From Lama guanicoe (taxonomy: Eukaryota): DNA of 64,000 nucleotides. The translations under genes were made by a program, and so were the position numbers. Location: the NCBI GenBank assembly GCA_013239625.1, contig MU053792.1, positions 656,941 to 720,940 on the forward strand, given 5' to 3'. Below, piece after piece: positions 1 to 13,678 of the stretch (its first letter is position 1; each line of letters starts with the position of its first letter). Below the pieces are notes generated by a model. That model saw nothing but the letters and a program-made list of their open reading frames with translations. It ran no database searches and was not told the origin of the DNA.

Positions 1-1213
1 CCTAAATTTAAGACCAGATACTATTAAACTCCTTGAGGAAAACATAAGCAGAACACTCTTTACATAAATCACAGCACTATTTTTTTTGGATCCATCTCCT
101 AAAGTAAAGGGAATAAAAGCAAAAATAAACAAATGGGAACTCCTTAAACTTAAAAGCTTTTACATAGCAAAAACCATCAACAAAATGAAAAGATAACCTA
201 CTGAATGTGAGAAAATATTTGCAAATAGTATTACTAGTAAAGGATTCATATCCAACATATATAAATAGCTCATCCAACTCAACATAAAAAAACCAAACAA
301 CTCGATTGAGAAATGGGCAAAAGAACTGAATAGACATTTTTTCCAAAGAGGAAATGCAGGTGGCCAACTGGCATATGAAAAGATGCTCAACATCACTAAT
401 TATCAGGGAACTGCAAATCAACACCACAGTGAGACGTCACCTCACATCTGTCAGAATGGCTACCATCAAACACAAATACCAAATGTTGATGAGAATGTGG
501 AGTAAAGGGAGCCCTTGAACACTGGTGGTGGGAAGGTGGACTGATGAGGCCACTGTGGAAACCAGGGTGGGAAGTTTCTTAAAATTTTAAAAATAGAACT
601 ACCATATGAGCCAGCGGTTCCACTTGTGGGTATATATCAGGAAAAAACAAAAACACTAATTTGAAAAGATACATGCACCTCAGTGTTCATAGTGGCATTA
701 CATACAATAGCCGATAAATGGAAGCAACCTAAGTGTCCATCAACAGATGAATAGATAAAGAAGATGTGGTATGTATATATGTGTGTATGTATGTGGCTCA
801 CATACATATACACTCACACAATGAAATACTACTCAGCCATAAAAGACAATGAAATTTTGCATTTACAGCAACATGGATGGACTTGGAGGGCGTTATACTG
901 AGAGAAATAAATTAGATGGCAAAAGACAAATACTATATGATATCACTTATATGTGGCATCTAAAAAATACAACAAACTAGTGAATATAATAAAAAAGAAG
1001 CAGACTCACAGATTTAGAGAACAACGTGGTGGTTACCTCTGGGGGAGAGGGAAGGAGAGGCAATATGAAGGTGGAGGAATGGCAGGTACAAACCACTGTA
1101 GTAAGATAGGCTCAAGGATGTATTTTACAACATGAGGAATGTAGCCAATATTTTGTAATAACTGTAAATGGAAAGTAACCTTTCAAATTGTACAAAAAAT
1201 AGAAATATAAAAA
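1..1213 (+). mobile_element. LINE-1 3' portion (end of ORF2, 3' UTR, A-rich tail), cut by window start
   Basis: Typical L1 ORF2 C-terminal DNA (GGAAGCAACCTAAGTGTCCATCAACAGATGAAT at ~720; CATGGATGGACTTGGAGG at ~872), then L1 3' UTR and A-rich end near 1195-1213. Confidence 0.9.
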
Positions 1214-1884
1214 ATATTTAAAATATTATATTCTCAGAATCATGTTTATTTTTAAGCAGATTTAAAATTATATTGCCAAACTATTGCCCTATAATTTAGA
1301 GAAGTAAAATCAATACCAAAAGATTGCCACCTTCAAGAGCAAGGTTTTTCAAGACATCAAATAGAATATTTAGTTTCTAATTAAAAGTAGTGGTCTAGTT
1401 CGGCTTCATTACAATTTTCTCTCTCTCTTCTTTACCTCAGTGTCAGCAGAGTCATGTGAAAGAATCCCTCTCATTCAGTCAACCCAGAATTTTGTGCTTC
1501 AGAGTCCAGCCTCTGGAGCATCTAGCTTTTGTAGAGCAGGACCTCAGGAGGTTGTGACCTGCAGTTACCAGCACGATTATTTCTTAACTTTGAAGCTTAG
1601 TCCGTCTTCGCTGAAGAGCCATCAAGTTCCCGCCGGCAGCTTCTGGGCTACAAGTTTTTAATTAGTGCTTATCGTCACACCTTAGCTAACCCCCTTATCT
1701 AGAACAGCTTTCTGCTACCCCGGCAGAAGAATCATTTCACTTGGTTTTTCCCTGGCACCTATTTTTCTGTCTTTTTTCCTTCAGAGTCAGAAAGAGAGAG
1801 CAGAAGTATGAGAGAAAATAAATGTAATGTTTCCTTCCCTCTTGATCTCATGATTTTACTGCCCTTTTAAAAAGGGAGTATTGA

Positions 1885-2055
1885 GGGGAGGGTATAGCTC
1901 AGTGGGAGAGCACATGCTTAGCGTGCAGGAGGTCCTGGGTTCAATCCCCAGTCCCTCCATTGAAATAAATAAGTAAATAAATAAACCTAATTACCTCCCT
2001 CCAAAACAAAAACAACAAAAAATAAATTAAAAAAAAAAAAAGAAAGAAAGAAAGC
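1885..2055 (+). mobile_element. tRNA-Ala-derived SINE (camelid vic-1 type)
   Basis: GGGGAGGGTATAGCTCAGTGG (A box) ... GGGTTCAATCCCCAG (B box), AT-rich tail and poly(A); flanked by AAAGGGAGT at 1871-1879 and 2056-2064. Confidence 0.9.
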
Positions 2056-3649
2056 AAAGGGAGTTAACTTGATTTCCATGGCGACTCCACAGCTCCTGCC
2101 TTTAGCAAGTTTACACTCAACTTTCCCTTATGGTTAATAGAATTGAGATTATTTTTCTTAACTGAGCTCATGCGCATTTGCTGACAGAAGCTGCTTAAAA
2201 AAAAAAAAAAAGAATCTTACAGTTTGGGGGGCAACTTTAACATTTGACCAGTCTGCAATACATAATGTAGCTGAATTTGCTCTGTGTGGGTTAATCGGTC
2301 GCTTTTACCTTAGTGGAAATCAAAAAGTGTGTGAGGCTTACCCTTCAGAGTTAGGGGAGAAAGATGTCTGAATAGGGCTATTCACATAGACAGGATACGC
2401 CTAAAATATGGATTCAGAATGAAAGGATTGGGGAACGAACACAAAGCTTCTTTCACAATATTCTCACAACTTCTGTGATCAGGTTATTTAAATAACAGAA
2501 ATATGTAAGTATTTTAAATAAAAAGATGTATGCGTGCTCTCCCCCGAATTTTGAGACTTTTCACCCACCCACCATGGATAGTCATTTTTCTTGCCAAGTC
2601 TGGGGATCAACCCAAGTGACCTTGTCTAGAGATTTTTAAAAAATCACATCCCAGCTATGACTCATATTTAATAGAACTCACAATAACTTCAAGATTAAAT
2701 ATTTAAACTATGTGAGTTAATTCATTTACCCGTTCGTCTTTTCTTCCTCTTCCCCTGTGTGAACACGTGTGTTTTATATTCAGTCTTTATTTCTTCATCA
2801 TTAAAGTGAGAAGGTTGAACTTGTCATAAAAACCTGAGGTTTACGAGATTAGTCAGAGCTGGATTTTCATGACACTGTGTGTGTGCGAGTGTGTGTGTTT
2901 TGTACATGTGCATGTATGTGGGGAAGGAATCACTGTTACCATTCTTACACAAATACCTGATGGTATCGCTTTTCTTTAATAATAAGAACTTTAAAAAATT
3001 TTGAAATAGAAAATCGATGGGTAATTTTCCTCAGTAAAGCATGTCCTCGCTTTACGTTAGTACTTCACTTGAACAGCCAAGGGCAGAGACGGGAGATCAA
3101 CAAGTGAGTGGTGGAGCCCTGAGGCGAATACACAGATCAGGTGCTTCCCCGCATGATTTGTACTGATGCTGAAGAGAATGTACTCACTGCACTAAGACAA
3201 AGACGAGAGGAAAATCACCTAATCCTTGTTGAGGGTTTTTATTTCTCTGTTCACTTCGTTGGTTAGTTAATTGTTTGGCTAGTTAGCTAATTAGTTCTTT
3301 AGTTTAAGACTAGCATGCTGGAAAGTGCATGATTCCTTGGTATAGATTTTTATAAGTTACAACAGCCAAGTTAGACAGACTGATGTGTGCCTACTGAAGG
3401 TGACAAGATTGAGGAAACAGAAAAAAAAACTGAAGCTTCCAGATAGTGGTGCTTAAATATAAAAAATAAAAGTTAGGAAACAGAAACAATACAGAATAAG
3501 ACATTCATTAGAAAGAAATATAATCTATTTCCTTTGTATAATTTAGCCAGAAGGAGAAATTAACATTTTCTTATGAAAATCAAACATGAACCCTATAAAA
3601 GAGTCTGAGTAAGACTTTGCTAAGCTTAATTAAAAGTTAGTTTTAAACA

Positions 3650-3790
3650 ACTGGGCCTATTTCCCCATCTGTAAAATGAAGATGATGATAATACTTAAGC
3701 AATAGGACTATTTTGATGATTAAATAAATTATTTTATTGAAGCATATTTTAAAACGCTATCAAATAATGTTAAGTAATAGATATATGAAT
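3650..3790 (+). mobile_element. MIR fragment
   Basis: MIR core TTTCCCCATCTGTAAAATGAAGATGATGATAATAC. Confidence 0.65.
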
Positions 3791-5711
3791 AAATATTGCT
3801 AGGTTATAAAACCATACACCTAACAGAATATCTAAAATCAGCAAAAACTGAGTTACAAGTTAACCCATGGTTTGTTTGAAAGATACGTTATCCCTAAGCT
3901 GTTCAGAATGCAGGGATTGTGTAAATTTGTTGGTGTTGTGATATTAATAATGACAAAGACAATTTTGATGTTGAGAAACAGACTAATGGTCACCATTTAA
4001 GTACCTCCCATGGGTTACATCTGTACTAGAAACATCACATATGTAATCACTGATTTTTTTTAAGTTGGCATTTATTGAGTGATTTCTGGGTCTAAAACAA
4101 CATAGTAAACATTATCATTGGGAACATCAAGACTCCAATGGTGCCTCCAACTTCAAAGCACCCAGTGCTATTGGAGAAATATGATACGAGCTCAGACAAA
4201 TCAAATACCAACAAACTATCTGCTATTGCTCCAAAGTTCTACATAGCTTCATCTCTTTGGAGCATAATTCTGTGTTCAAATGTAAATAACTCATAAAATC
4301 AACTAGGAAAAATACCCATCTTAACATGTTCTCTTTGAAACCCAAATCAAAAGAATAGAATATCATACCCCCATTTAATTGCTAAACTCAAAATAGCTGT
4401 TTGCCTAATTATGCTTTCACATGACTTTTTGGTAACTCATTGTTTCAGCTTTAAATTTTAATCCCAAGAGATACGGAATTCTGAATTGCAATCACCTAAA
4501 GTATGATGATCTCATCTGTAACATATCAAGTGGGTAATTTTTCCTTTAGGAAGCTATGCAAATAATTCAATATAAATTACTAAGCTAATTTATAGTATTT
4601 TTTCATTTCCGCTAAGTGACACAGCTTTGAGCATTGCTAAAATACAAATGGACATGAAATATGCAAAAGAATGTTACAGCATTTTTGGTGTATATTGTGT
4701 TTCTTGGAAACAAACAAACAAACATATGATAATTCTGGATTCATAGTATTTTGCTATTAAGTAGTTTGGTCGTCATCTGCCAGAGATTTCACTGAGGGAA
4801 CAGAGTTGAAAGCTTCAGCTATATTCATACCACTTTTATGTTATTAATATTAATAGGTTATATATTTTTAAGACTTTCAATCACCCAATGATTCAAAGTC
4901 ATAACTAAATAAAATGAGGAACCAGAGTCAAATCAAATCACAGTTTGGAAAAAACGTAGTGAAAAAATAGCTAATAGTGATGTTTGCTATTTTGTCTCTT
5001 GCAAACTGAACTGTCTGGGCACGTTATGAAAACAGTTCTTATCTGTGACTCCATTCCTGCCCCTGATTAATATGCAGTTTATCAGTAAACTGGCGGATGG
5101 CATCTGGACAAGGGAAAAGAAAAACATTGTTGGGGTTTAGGATTTCTAAAATTAGTTATTAAAAAACAAAATCAATGTTTTTGAATTAAACATCTTCTAT
5201 CTCCACTACTGGACTCTAACCCCAAAGACCAGGGTGTGTTTTTTTCTTACTATACCTCTAGTCTAGCATCACACAGAGACACGACCTCAGCAAATATGTA
5301 TGGAGTCAATTAAAGTGTCCTTAATGTGCAAATAAAGTTCTGTTGTATATAGTCATATCATACGTGCATTCAGAATGCATTGAAATGAACTGTCTTTTAA
5401 AGATGTTTGAAATTTAATAATAATAATTACTTACTAGTTTACAAGATACTACTTCTTACTGAAGTTTAGTTAATTTAAATGTTTCCACCTGATAAGGATT
5501 TTTAAGGTTTATTTTACTCTGCACAAAATGCAGTATCCAAGAAATAGAAGAATAAGCATTTTCCTGCTAATGTATTTTATATTCTAAAATAGCTATTGTT
5601 CATATTTTCTCACATACTTATTACTTTATTATTATTTTCTGGGAAAGAAAGGAACACTAGCACTTAGAACACAATGAGAGACGTTTTGGTGATGTGTAAA
5701 GGAATTTAATG

Positions 5712-5872
5712 GTAGTTCTTAACCTCTGCTTGAACACAGCATCCTTTTGAAAGACCGATAAAGCTCTCTTTCTCTCCAGAACAATGCCCAAATGCACATG
5801 TGCTCACCTATTTCGCCTGCAATTTTAAGATTCTTCTGTTTCATTCAAGACAAATAGGTTAGGAAACCCCAG
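5712..5872. mobile_element. degenerate hAT MITE (MER103-like)
   Basis: Ends GTAGTTCTTAACC ... GGTTAGGAAACCCC form imperfect terminal inverted repeats; interior resembles recalled MER103-type sequence. Confidence 0.45.
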
Positions 5873-7739
5873 GCTAAAATCAGTCCATGAAGAGAACATG
5901 GACTCAGCCAAGAAGTAGGACAAAGATGGAAAGATGATTGTGTTAAAAAGGGTCAAGAAGCATGTGCTTCTGAAGGGAAGAATGCACAGTGGTTTATAAA
6001 TCTGTGAAAGACTCCATAACTTGAATGCTCCCTAACAAGGTGATTTGAATTGTTTGGAATCAAAACACTGGGGCTTATTCATGCATCCAGCCATTCGGTT
6101 GGCCACCATGCTAGGAACTGAGGTGGTGGGGAGAAGTGAAATTGTGGGAAAAGAGTTATTATTTTAAACTAGGCAGTTCCTCTGTGTTTCTCACATAAAC
6201 TAGCATATCATGAGATAAGGGAAATTAATCCACTTATATAGAAGTTTCTGCTTACTAGGGTGCAGATTTTATACCCAGTAGCCATTTTTCATTTATAATT
6301 ACTATTGACAATTATATGCAAATGAATGAACTTTTTAATGAAGTCTAGAACCACAAAATGTAATTTACTTTAATTAATATTAAATGACCATAATTAAAAG
6401 TATTAATGTGATATATAATCAATGCAGCAATATTGTAAGTTTATGGTTTTAAGCATCATAGCAGTACCCAAAATAGGATGAATATTTTTCTCGAAATTGA
6501 ATGAAAAACATGGCATCTTTAATTACCCTGAAATTATTTACATGCATAGGGATAGCTCAAATTAAGACAGCAGTTTTTGTGGCTTCAGTCAAGCTCAAGT
6601 GAGTTTAGAGGTAATTTCAATTCACTGTGACATTCATTGAGACTCAGGCTTGGGTCTGTTTCCCTAGTAACATGGAGCTGCTTTGCAATGAGACACCAGG
6701 GAAGACTTTGATTAAATCCATGTAGAAGTAATTGTGGCCTCAAGTAGATTGCAGTGGAGCCAAGTAAAATGTTATCAGAAAACCAGAGAGAATGTGCATT
6801 AACAACCACTTTGCATATGAGATCTTTATTCTTCATATTTGATGACCCTGGACACTTACTATGATCCGTGTGCAGGTGTGACTGGGAGACGCTGTTTGTG
6901 AACAATGGGCCTTTTCACTCTGCACTTGCTATGATGCTTCTTTGGTTTTGCAGCTGCAACTGCTATTCGCAAAGCATGCAGCTGTTCAAAGGGAATCCAT
7001 TTAAATGTGAAGCCAGTCCCAACTCTTTGCACAAAAGAGCCACCCCATTCCTGAATATGCCATGACAGTTTGATCAGTCTGCGCTGAGCTACCTAACTTC
7101 CTATAGCTCCATCATACTGTTGGAGAGTCTACACAGAACTTTCCCCAGGTACTCCTGGCTGCTTCTGTGCTCTTTACTAATGCTGAAATGGACAAGAGTT
7201 GTACTTTCATGAACATCATTTAAAACTCCAGGCATTTGTTTTCTCTTCATTCATTTATCCTTTCATTCAGAAAACATTTATTGAGGACCTATCATGTCCC
7301 TCTCTCTTTTCATGTGCTCCATGTGAAGCAGACAGGAGAGGGAAGGAAGACAAATGCTTTCCCTGGACACTGTTTTTGGCTGCTCCAAACCTGCTATTTG
7401 ATTATAGAGATGGCTTGTAAATAAGGTTGATCAAATTACTCAAGAAACAAGCTGTCATCTTTGGACAAAAATCACTTCACATGACAGTTTTGAAATTTGA
7501 ACGGCACCATAACTTCAGCTGTTGTCAACTTCTGTGATGTTTGGTTATGGACACAATGATACCAGTGATACAAACACATTGACGCCATGTGTCACTGCAG
7601 TCTTCAATCAGCCTTTTGTTTCCCCATCCATTCTGCCAAAAGTAATACCATAACTTTTTCTTTATAGTGACACCTTCTACTTTCTACCTTTGAATCTCTT
7701 ATATTAAGGTATACGTTCCTTTGGTCATCTCATGAATAT

Positions 7740-8039
7740 CCACATGGCTCCCTCCCTCAACCCTTCACTCGCTTTGAACATCATCTCATCAGAGAGGCTC
7801 ACCATAGAAACGGCACAATTCTCCCATCCCACCAATGCCCACACTTCCTATTTCTCTTTGACCTAATTTATTGTTTTTCATAGCATTTCTCACTATCAGG
7901 CACATTTGTTTATCATCTGTTTTCAACCACCAACAGCTCAACTGTTCTAGTCACTGTTTTATTCCCAATGCCTGGAACAATGCCTAGAATCTAGTGGAAC
8001 ACTCAATAAACACTTGTTGAATAAATGAATGAATGAATG
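7740..8039 (+). mobile_element. L2 3' end
   Basis: TGCCTGGAACAATGCCTAG...CTCAATAAACACTTGTTGAATAAATGAATGAATG, the canonical L2 terminus. Confidence 0.8.
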
Positions 8040-8584
8040 GTATAAATCCACACATGCCATATACTGCCTAACAAGGCATGGAGATGTGATGGCTTGTCAC
8101 ATGACGCTGGCAGCATGTGAAGAGCTCAGGAAGATGCTCCTGTAAACGTCCCTCTGGGGAAGGACACAACTCAAAGTAGCAAAAACGTTTCTGACCATCA
8201 CTGACTTGATGTGCTGCAGTAATTACATAACTGCAGGAAGAGAAGAATGAATCAGCTCATTGCTGGTCTCACACCTGAACCCTAGATAGGTGGGTACATT
8301 TCTGGAATTCTACCAATTGTCTTTAATTAGTGAGACAGCTGCTTTGGCAGCTGCAATCTGATGCCAGGCACGTCTTGCTAAACCAGAGTAGATCATTCCT
8401 GTTAGTGGTTTCAGTCCCATGTGGCTCCATGACTTTCCTTACTGCCAACAAAAGTGCTCAAATCCCATGTGACAGTTAGTTAAATGCTGGCAAATTTTCA
8501 ATGAATCTGTTTAATCATGGAATGAATCTCTCTTTGCCTTTTCCCTTGCTGGTCAGCAGACAGCTATACACTAATGGTAGCTTC

Positions 8585-9345
8585 CATTTACCCACATGCT
8601 CAGGCCGGAAGCTGGAGTATCATCCTTGCCTCCTCTCTCTTCTTTACCCCCAAATCCAACCATTACAAGGATAAGTCAGCTCTCCTGAAACTGTCTTCTT
8701 TTAATTCCCACTGACATTGAGTCAGTTTCAGCCACCATCGTGTCTCATGGAGACAAATGCATTCCTCCTTGCTGGTCTCCCTGCCTCTGGTCTAGTTCCT
8801 CTCCAATACATACTCCTAACAGAATACAAGACAGCCTTTCAAAAATGCAAATCTATACCGGCTTCTCTTAATCTTCAGAATAAATTCCGAGTCTTCAGCT
8901 TGGCATGAAGGGTCATTTATGAATAGACACCTGCCTCATTTTCCAGCTTCCCAACTACCCAGTCCCTTTGAGCTCCAGTCATTCTGAGTTACCTGCAAAA
9001 TCCCTGAAGAAAGTCTGCTCTTTCTTGACTCTGGACTTAGCACATGTTATTCCCTATACTTGATAGAAATTCTCTCCCATTTTTAGTGGGGTTTATTCCC
9101 TTTTCCTGTTTCAGTTTGAAGACTATCATATTCAGAGTTTCCTTAATCCCCTGGACTGTATTAGGTCTCTGTCATCTGCACTTATTTGTCATGCTGTGAT
9201 CACTCCTATCAAGATTTAAAACACATGGTGCTGAAATTATTTATTTACTTTCCTTTTTACCCACTATCCTACAAGTATATCTTCTGTGCTCAACACAGTG
9301 TTTGGCACACAGAAAATATTCAGCATCATTTGTTGAATGAGTGAG
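8585..9345 (+). mobile_element. L2 3' fragment
   Basis: L2-like body (CTGGTCTCCCTGCCTC...CCTCTCCAAT) ending GGCACACAG...TTTGTTGAATGAGTGAG. Confidence 0.7.
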
Positions 9346-9346
9346 G

Positions 9347-9839
9347 TTTTTTAACATTTTTTATTGATTTATAATCATTTTACTAATTTACAATCATTTG
9401 CAATTTACAATGATTTACAACCATTTTACAGATTCAGTGTAGAGCACAATTTTTCAGTTATACATGAACATATATACATTCATTGTCATATTTTTTCCTC
9501 TGTGAGCTACCATAATATCTTGTATATATTTCTCTATGCTATACAGTATAATCTTGTTTATCTATTCTGCATTTTAAAATCCCAGTCTGTCCCTTCCCAC
9601 CCCTGCTCCCTTGACTACCACAAGTTTGTATTCTGTGTCTAAGAGTCTATTTCTGTTTTGTATTTATGCTTTGTTTGTTTTTGTTTTTGTTCTAGATTCC
9701 ACATATAAGCGATCTCATATGGTATTTTTCTTTCTCTTTCTGGCTTACTTCACTTAGAATGACATTCTCCAGGAGCATCCATGTTGCTGCAAGTGGCATT
9801 ATATTGTCAGTTTTTATGGCTGAGTAGTATTCCATTGTA
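9347..9839 (-). mobile_element. young L1 3' end, 5'-truncated, inserted in the L2 tail
   Basis: 3' UTR nearly identical to copies at 12889 and 35028; ORF2 C-terminus MEYYSAIKTDNIMPLAATW; TSD TGAATGAGTGAG at 9334-9345 and 9840-9851. Confidence 0.92.
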
Positions 9840-11900
9840 TGAATGAGTGAGTTCTTAACTGCCATGAAAGTGTATTTATACTCATGGGGATAGTATGTCT
9901 CCATATTACATCTACTTAGAAGTCACTTTCGGAAGTTCACAGATCCTTCAAGACAGAGAGTTTAGAATATGTACCAACGTGATTGTAAATTAAAGCTTTT
10001 CTTTATTTCAAAGCAGAATGTATCCATTCATTACAAGTTAATGAAGAATTCAGGTCCATTATTAGAGAGATTATGTGTGTGCATATGCATATGAAGCAAG
10101 GTTTTTTTAAGGTACTGGCTAGCACTTTCAGTAAGTGTAAAGCAAACATAATTTTTAACCTCCTTGAATGCAATTAAATAGTGTGGAGAAATCATTGATT
10201 AAGATCACACCTGCACTTAGCCTCTTCCGCCTGAAAAGTGTTAATTTTGGATTTGTGACAGCACCCAAAAATGAATGAGAATAAATTAATAAGCATAATA
10301 GGCATTCAAACTTGATACTATCAAATGGCTTCCCCTAAAGTTAGGTGCATGACTTAAAACTGTCTATTTTTTTACTTTATTTTTGCTGAAGAGTAAATGT
10401 TTGATCATAGTAATAATATATATTAATGTTTTTCTCAAGCCACTTTTATTCTTACACAAATACTTTTTCTAGTCATGGAAGAAAAGTTAACTTAAAACTA
10501 TGGCTTCAAAGACAAACCACAATAAGTTCCAGTTCACTAAAAATAAAATAAGACCATTAAAATTGAATATCCAAGTCATTCAGATGATTCTGGAGTAATA
10601 CAGGAAAATACAAAGGTAAATTAATAAATGCAATTGTAAGATATTTTAATCACACATATATATTTAATTAGAAAACCAAATAAAATAAAAATAATAATAA
10701 TAAAGATAGTAGGAAAACCAAAGAATGGGAGACATACAACTAATGGCTGATGGTTATGGAAATGGAAAAAAATTCATATAACAAAAATATTTTTAAAATA
10801 TTAACAAACCACAGTAATGACACTAAATAACACATAGAGCGTTTTAAAATTTTTTTACTGAAATATAATTGGCACACAATATTATGTAAGTTTAAGGTGT
10901 ACAACATAATTTAACATATTTGTATATTGCAATATGATCACCTCTGTAGTATTAGGTAAAACATCTATCATGTCTCATAATTATAACTTATTTTTTGTGG
11001 TGGGAACAACTAAGATATGGTCTCTTAGCAGCTTTGAAATTTATAATAAGTATTGTTGTCTATAATCACTGTTCTGTACATTAGTGCTCCAGAACTTATT
11101 TATCCACTAGTCGCAAGTTTGTACTTTTAATCATTTTTCACATCCCACCCCCACCCCACCCTTGTAACCATCATTCTACTCTCTGTTTTATGAATTTGGT
11201 TTTTTAGATTCCACATGTAAGTGATGTCATACAGTATTTGTCTTTTCTTTTCTGGCTTATCTTACTTAATGTAATACCCTCAAGATCCATCCATGTTGTT
11301 GCAGGTGGCAGGAGTTCTTCCTTTTTCATAGGTGAACAATATTTCGTGTACATGTGTGTGTATATTTTGTGTATGTATATGTATATGCACACACACAAAC
11401 AGATACGTGGATATACATCTTATTTACTCACCTATCTGTTGACAGACACTCAAGTTCTTTCCATATCTTAGCTCTTGTAAATAATGCAGCAAAAACATGG
11501 GAGTGCAGATAGCTCTCCTACGTCCTATTTTCATTTCTTTGCACGTACAAACATACCTCATTTTACTGCTCTATATTTTATTGTGCTTCACTGATATTGC
11601 ATTTTTTTTGCAAGTTGAAGGTTTGTGGCAACACAGTGTAGAGCAAGCCTATTAGCACCATATTTCCAACAGTATTTGCTCACTTTATATCTCTGTGTCA
11701 TATTTTGGTAATTCAAGCAATATTTCAAACTTTTCGTTCTTATTATATTTGTTAAGATGATCTGTGATCAGCGATCTTTGATGTTAGTATTGTAATTGCT
11801 TTGGGGCACCATGAACCGTGCTCATATAATACAATGAACTTAACTGATAAATATTGTGTGTGTTCTGACTGTTCCACCAACTAGCTCTTACGCCACCTCT

Positions 11901-11960
11901 CTTCCTCTTCTCAGACCTCCCTTCCTCTCCTCAGACCTCCCTTCCTCTGCTCAGACCTCC
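11901..11960 (+). repeat. 3 x 20-bp tandem repeat inside Tigger1
   Basis: CTTCCTCT(T/C/G)CTCAGACCTCC three times. Confidence 0.95.
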
Positions 11961-12888
11961 CTATTCTCTGAAACACAACAATGTTGAAATAGCCCAATTA
12001 ATAACCCTACATAATGGCCCCTAAGTGTTCAAGTGAAAGAAAGAGTTCCATGTCTCACTTTAAATCAAAAACTGAAAATGATTAAGCTTAGGGAGGAAAG
12101 CATGTTGAAAGCTGAGATAGACAAAGCTAAGCCTCTTGTGTCAAACAGGTAGCCAACTTGTGAATGCAAAGGAGAGATTTTTCTTAAGGAATTAAAAATA
12201 CTGTAGTGAACACACAAATGATCAGAAAGCACAACAGCCTTATTGCTGAAATGGAGAAAGTTTTCATGGTCTGCAGAGAAGATCAAACCAGCCAGCCACA
12301 TTATTCTGTTGAGCCAAAGCCTAATCCAGAGCAAATTTCTAACTCTCTTCAATTCTATGAAGGCTGGAAGAGATTAGGATGCTGCAGAAGAAAAGTTTGA
12401 AGCTTAGCAGAGGTTGGTTCATGAGGTTTAGGGAAAGAAGCCATCTCCATAACCCAAAAGTACAAGGCAAAGCAGCAAGTGCTAATATGGAAGCTGCAGC
12501 AAGTTTCCCAGAAGATCCAGTTAAGATAATTCATGAAGGTGGCTCCACTAAACAACAAATTTTCTGTGTAGATGAAACAGTCTTATATTGGAAGGAGATG
12601 TCTTCTAAGACTTTCATAGCTAAAGGCTTCAAAGCTTCAAAGGACAGACTGAATTTTTTGTTAGAGGCTAATGCAGCTGGTGACTTTAAGTTGAAGCCAG
12701 TGCTCTTTCACCATTCCCAAAATCCTAGGACCCTTAGAAATTATGCTGAATCTACCCTGCCTGTGCTCTATAAATGGAACAACAAAGCCTGAATGACAGC
12801 ACATCAGTTCATAACATGGTTTACTGAATAGTTCAAGCTTGCTGTTGAGACCTACTGCTTAGGGGGAAAAAAATCCTTTCAAAATATT

Positions 12889-13678
12889 TTTTAACATTTT
12901 TATTGATTTATAATCATTTTACAATGTTGTGTCAAATTCCAGTGTAGAGCACAATTTTTCAGTTATACATGAACATGTATATATATATTCAGTGTCACAT
13001 TTTTTTTCTCTGTGAGCTCCCATAAGATCTTGTGTATATTTCCCTGTGCTATACAGTATAATCTTGTTTATCTATTCTACAACTTTGAAATCCCAGTCTA
13101 TCCCTTCCCACCTCCCGCCCCTTGGCAACCACAAGTTTGTATTCTATGTCTATGAGTCTATTTCTGTTTTGTATTTATGCTTTGTTTGGTTTTTTTTTTT
13201 TAGATTCCATATATGAGTGATCTCATATGGTATTTTTCTTTCTCTTTCTGGCTTACTTCACTTAGAATGACACTCTCTAGGAGCATCCATGTTGCTGAAA
13301 ATGGCGTTATGTTGTCAGTTTTTATGGCTGAATAGTATTCCATTGTATCAATATACCACCTCTTCTTTATCTAGTCATCTGTTGATGGACATTTAGGCTG
13401 TTTCCATGTCTTGGCTATTGTAAATAGTGCTGCTATGAACGTTGGGTTGCAGGTATCATTTTGAAGTAGGGTTCCTTCTGGATATATGCCCAGGAGCGGG
13501 ATTCCTGGGTCATATGGTATGTCTATTCCTAGTCTTTTGAGGAATCTCCATTCTGTTTTCCACAGTGGCTGCACCAAACTGCATTCCCATCAGCAGTGGA
13601 GGAGGGTTCCCTTTTCTCCACAGCCTCTCCCGCATTTGTCATTTGTGGATTTTTGAATGATGGCCATTCTGACTGGTG
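12889..13678 (-). mobile_element. young L1 3' end inserted in the Tigger1 transposase
   Basis: ORF2 C-terminus [25 protein letters not shown]...AKTWKQPKCPS; splits Tigger1 between AAAATATT and CTGCTCATTGAC. Confidence 0.93.

Noticed and set aside
500..640. Local G enrichment in the first L1 (GTGGA, GCGGTT) as a second edited tract
   Set aside because: Few changes, and they include T-to-G as well as A-to-G, so no clean ADAR signature by eye.
1885..1958. Possible tRNA-Ala genes (also 22394-22467)
   Set aside because: Followed by SINE tail, poly(A) and TSDs, with stem mismatches; these are SINE heads.
9222..9236. REST/RE1 site (minus strand TTCAGCACCATG); also CACCATGGATAG near 2570
   Set aside because: Half-sites only; the partner half is missing in each case.
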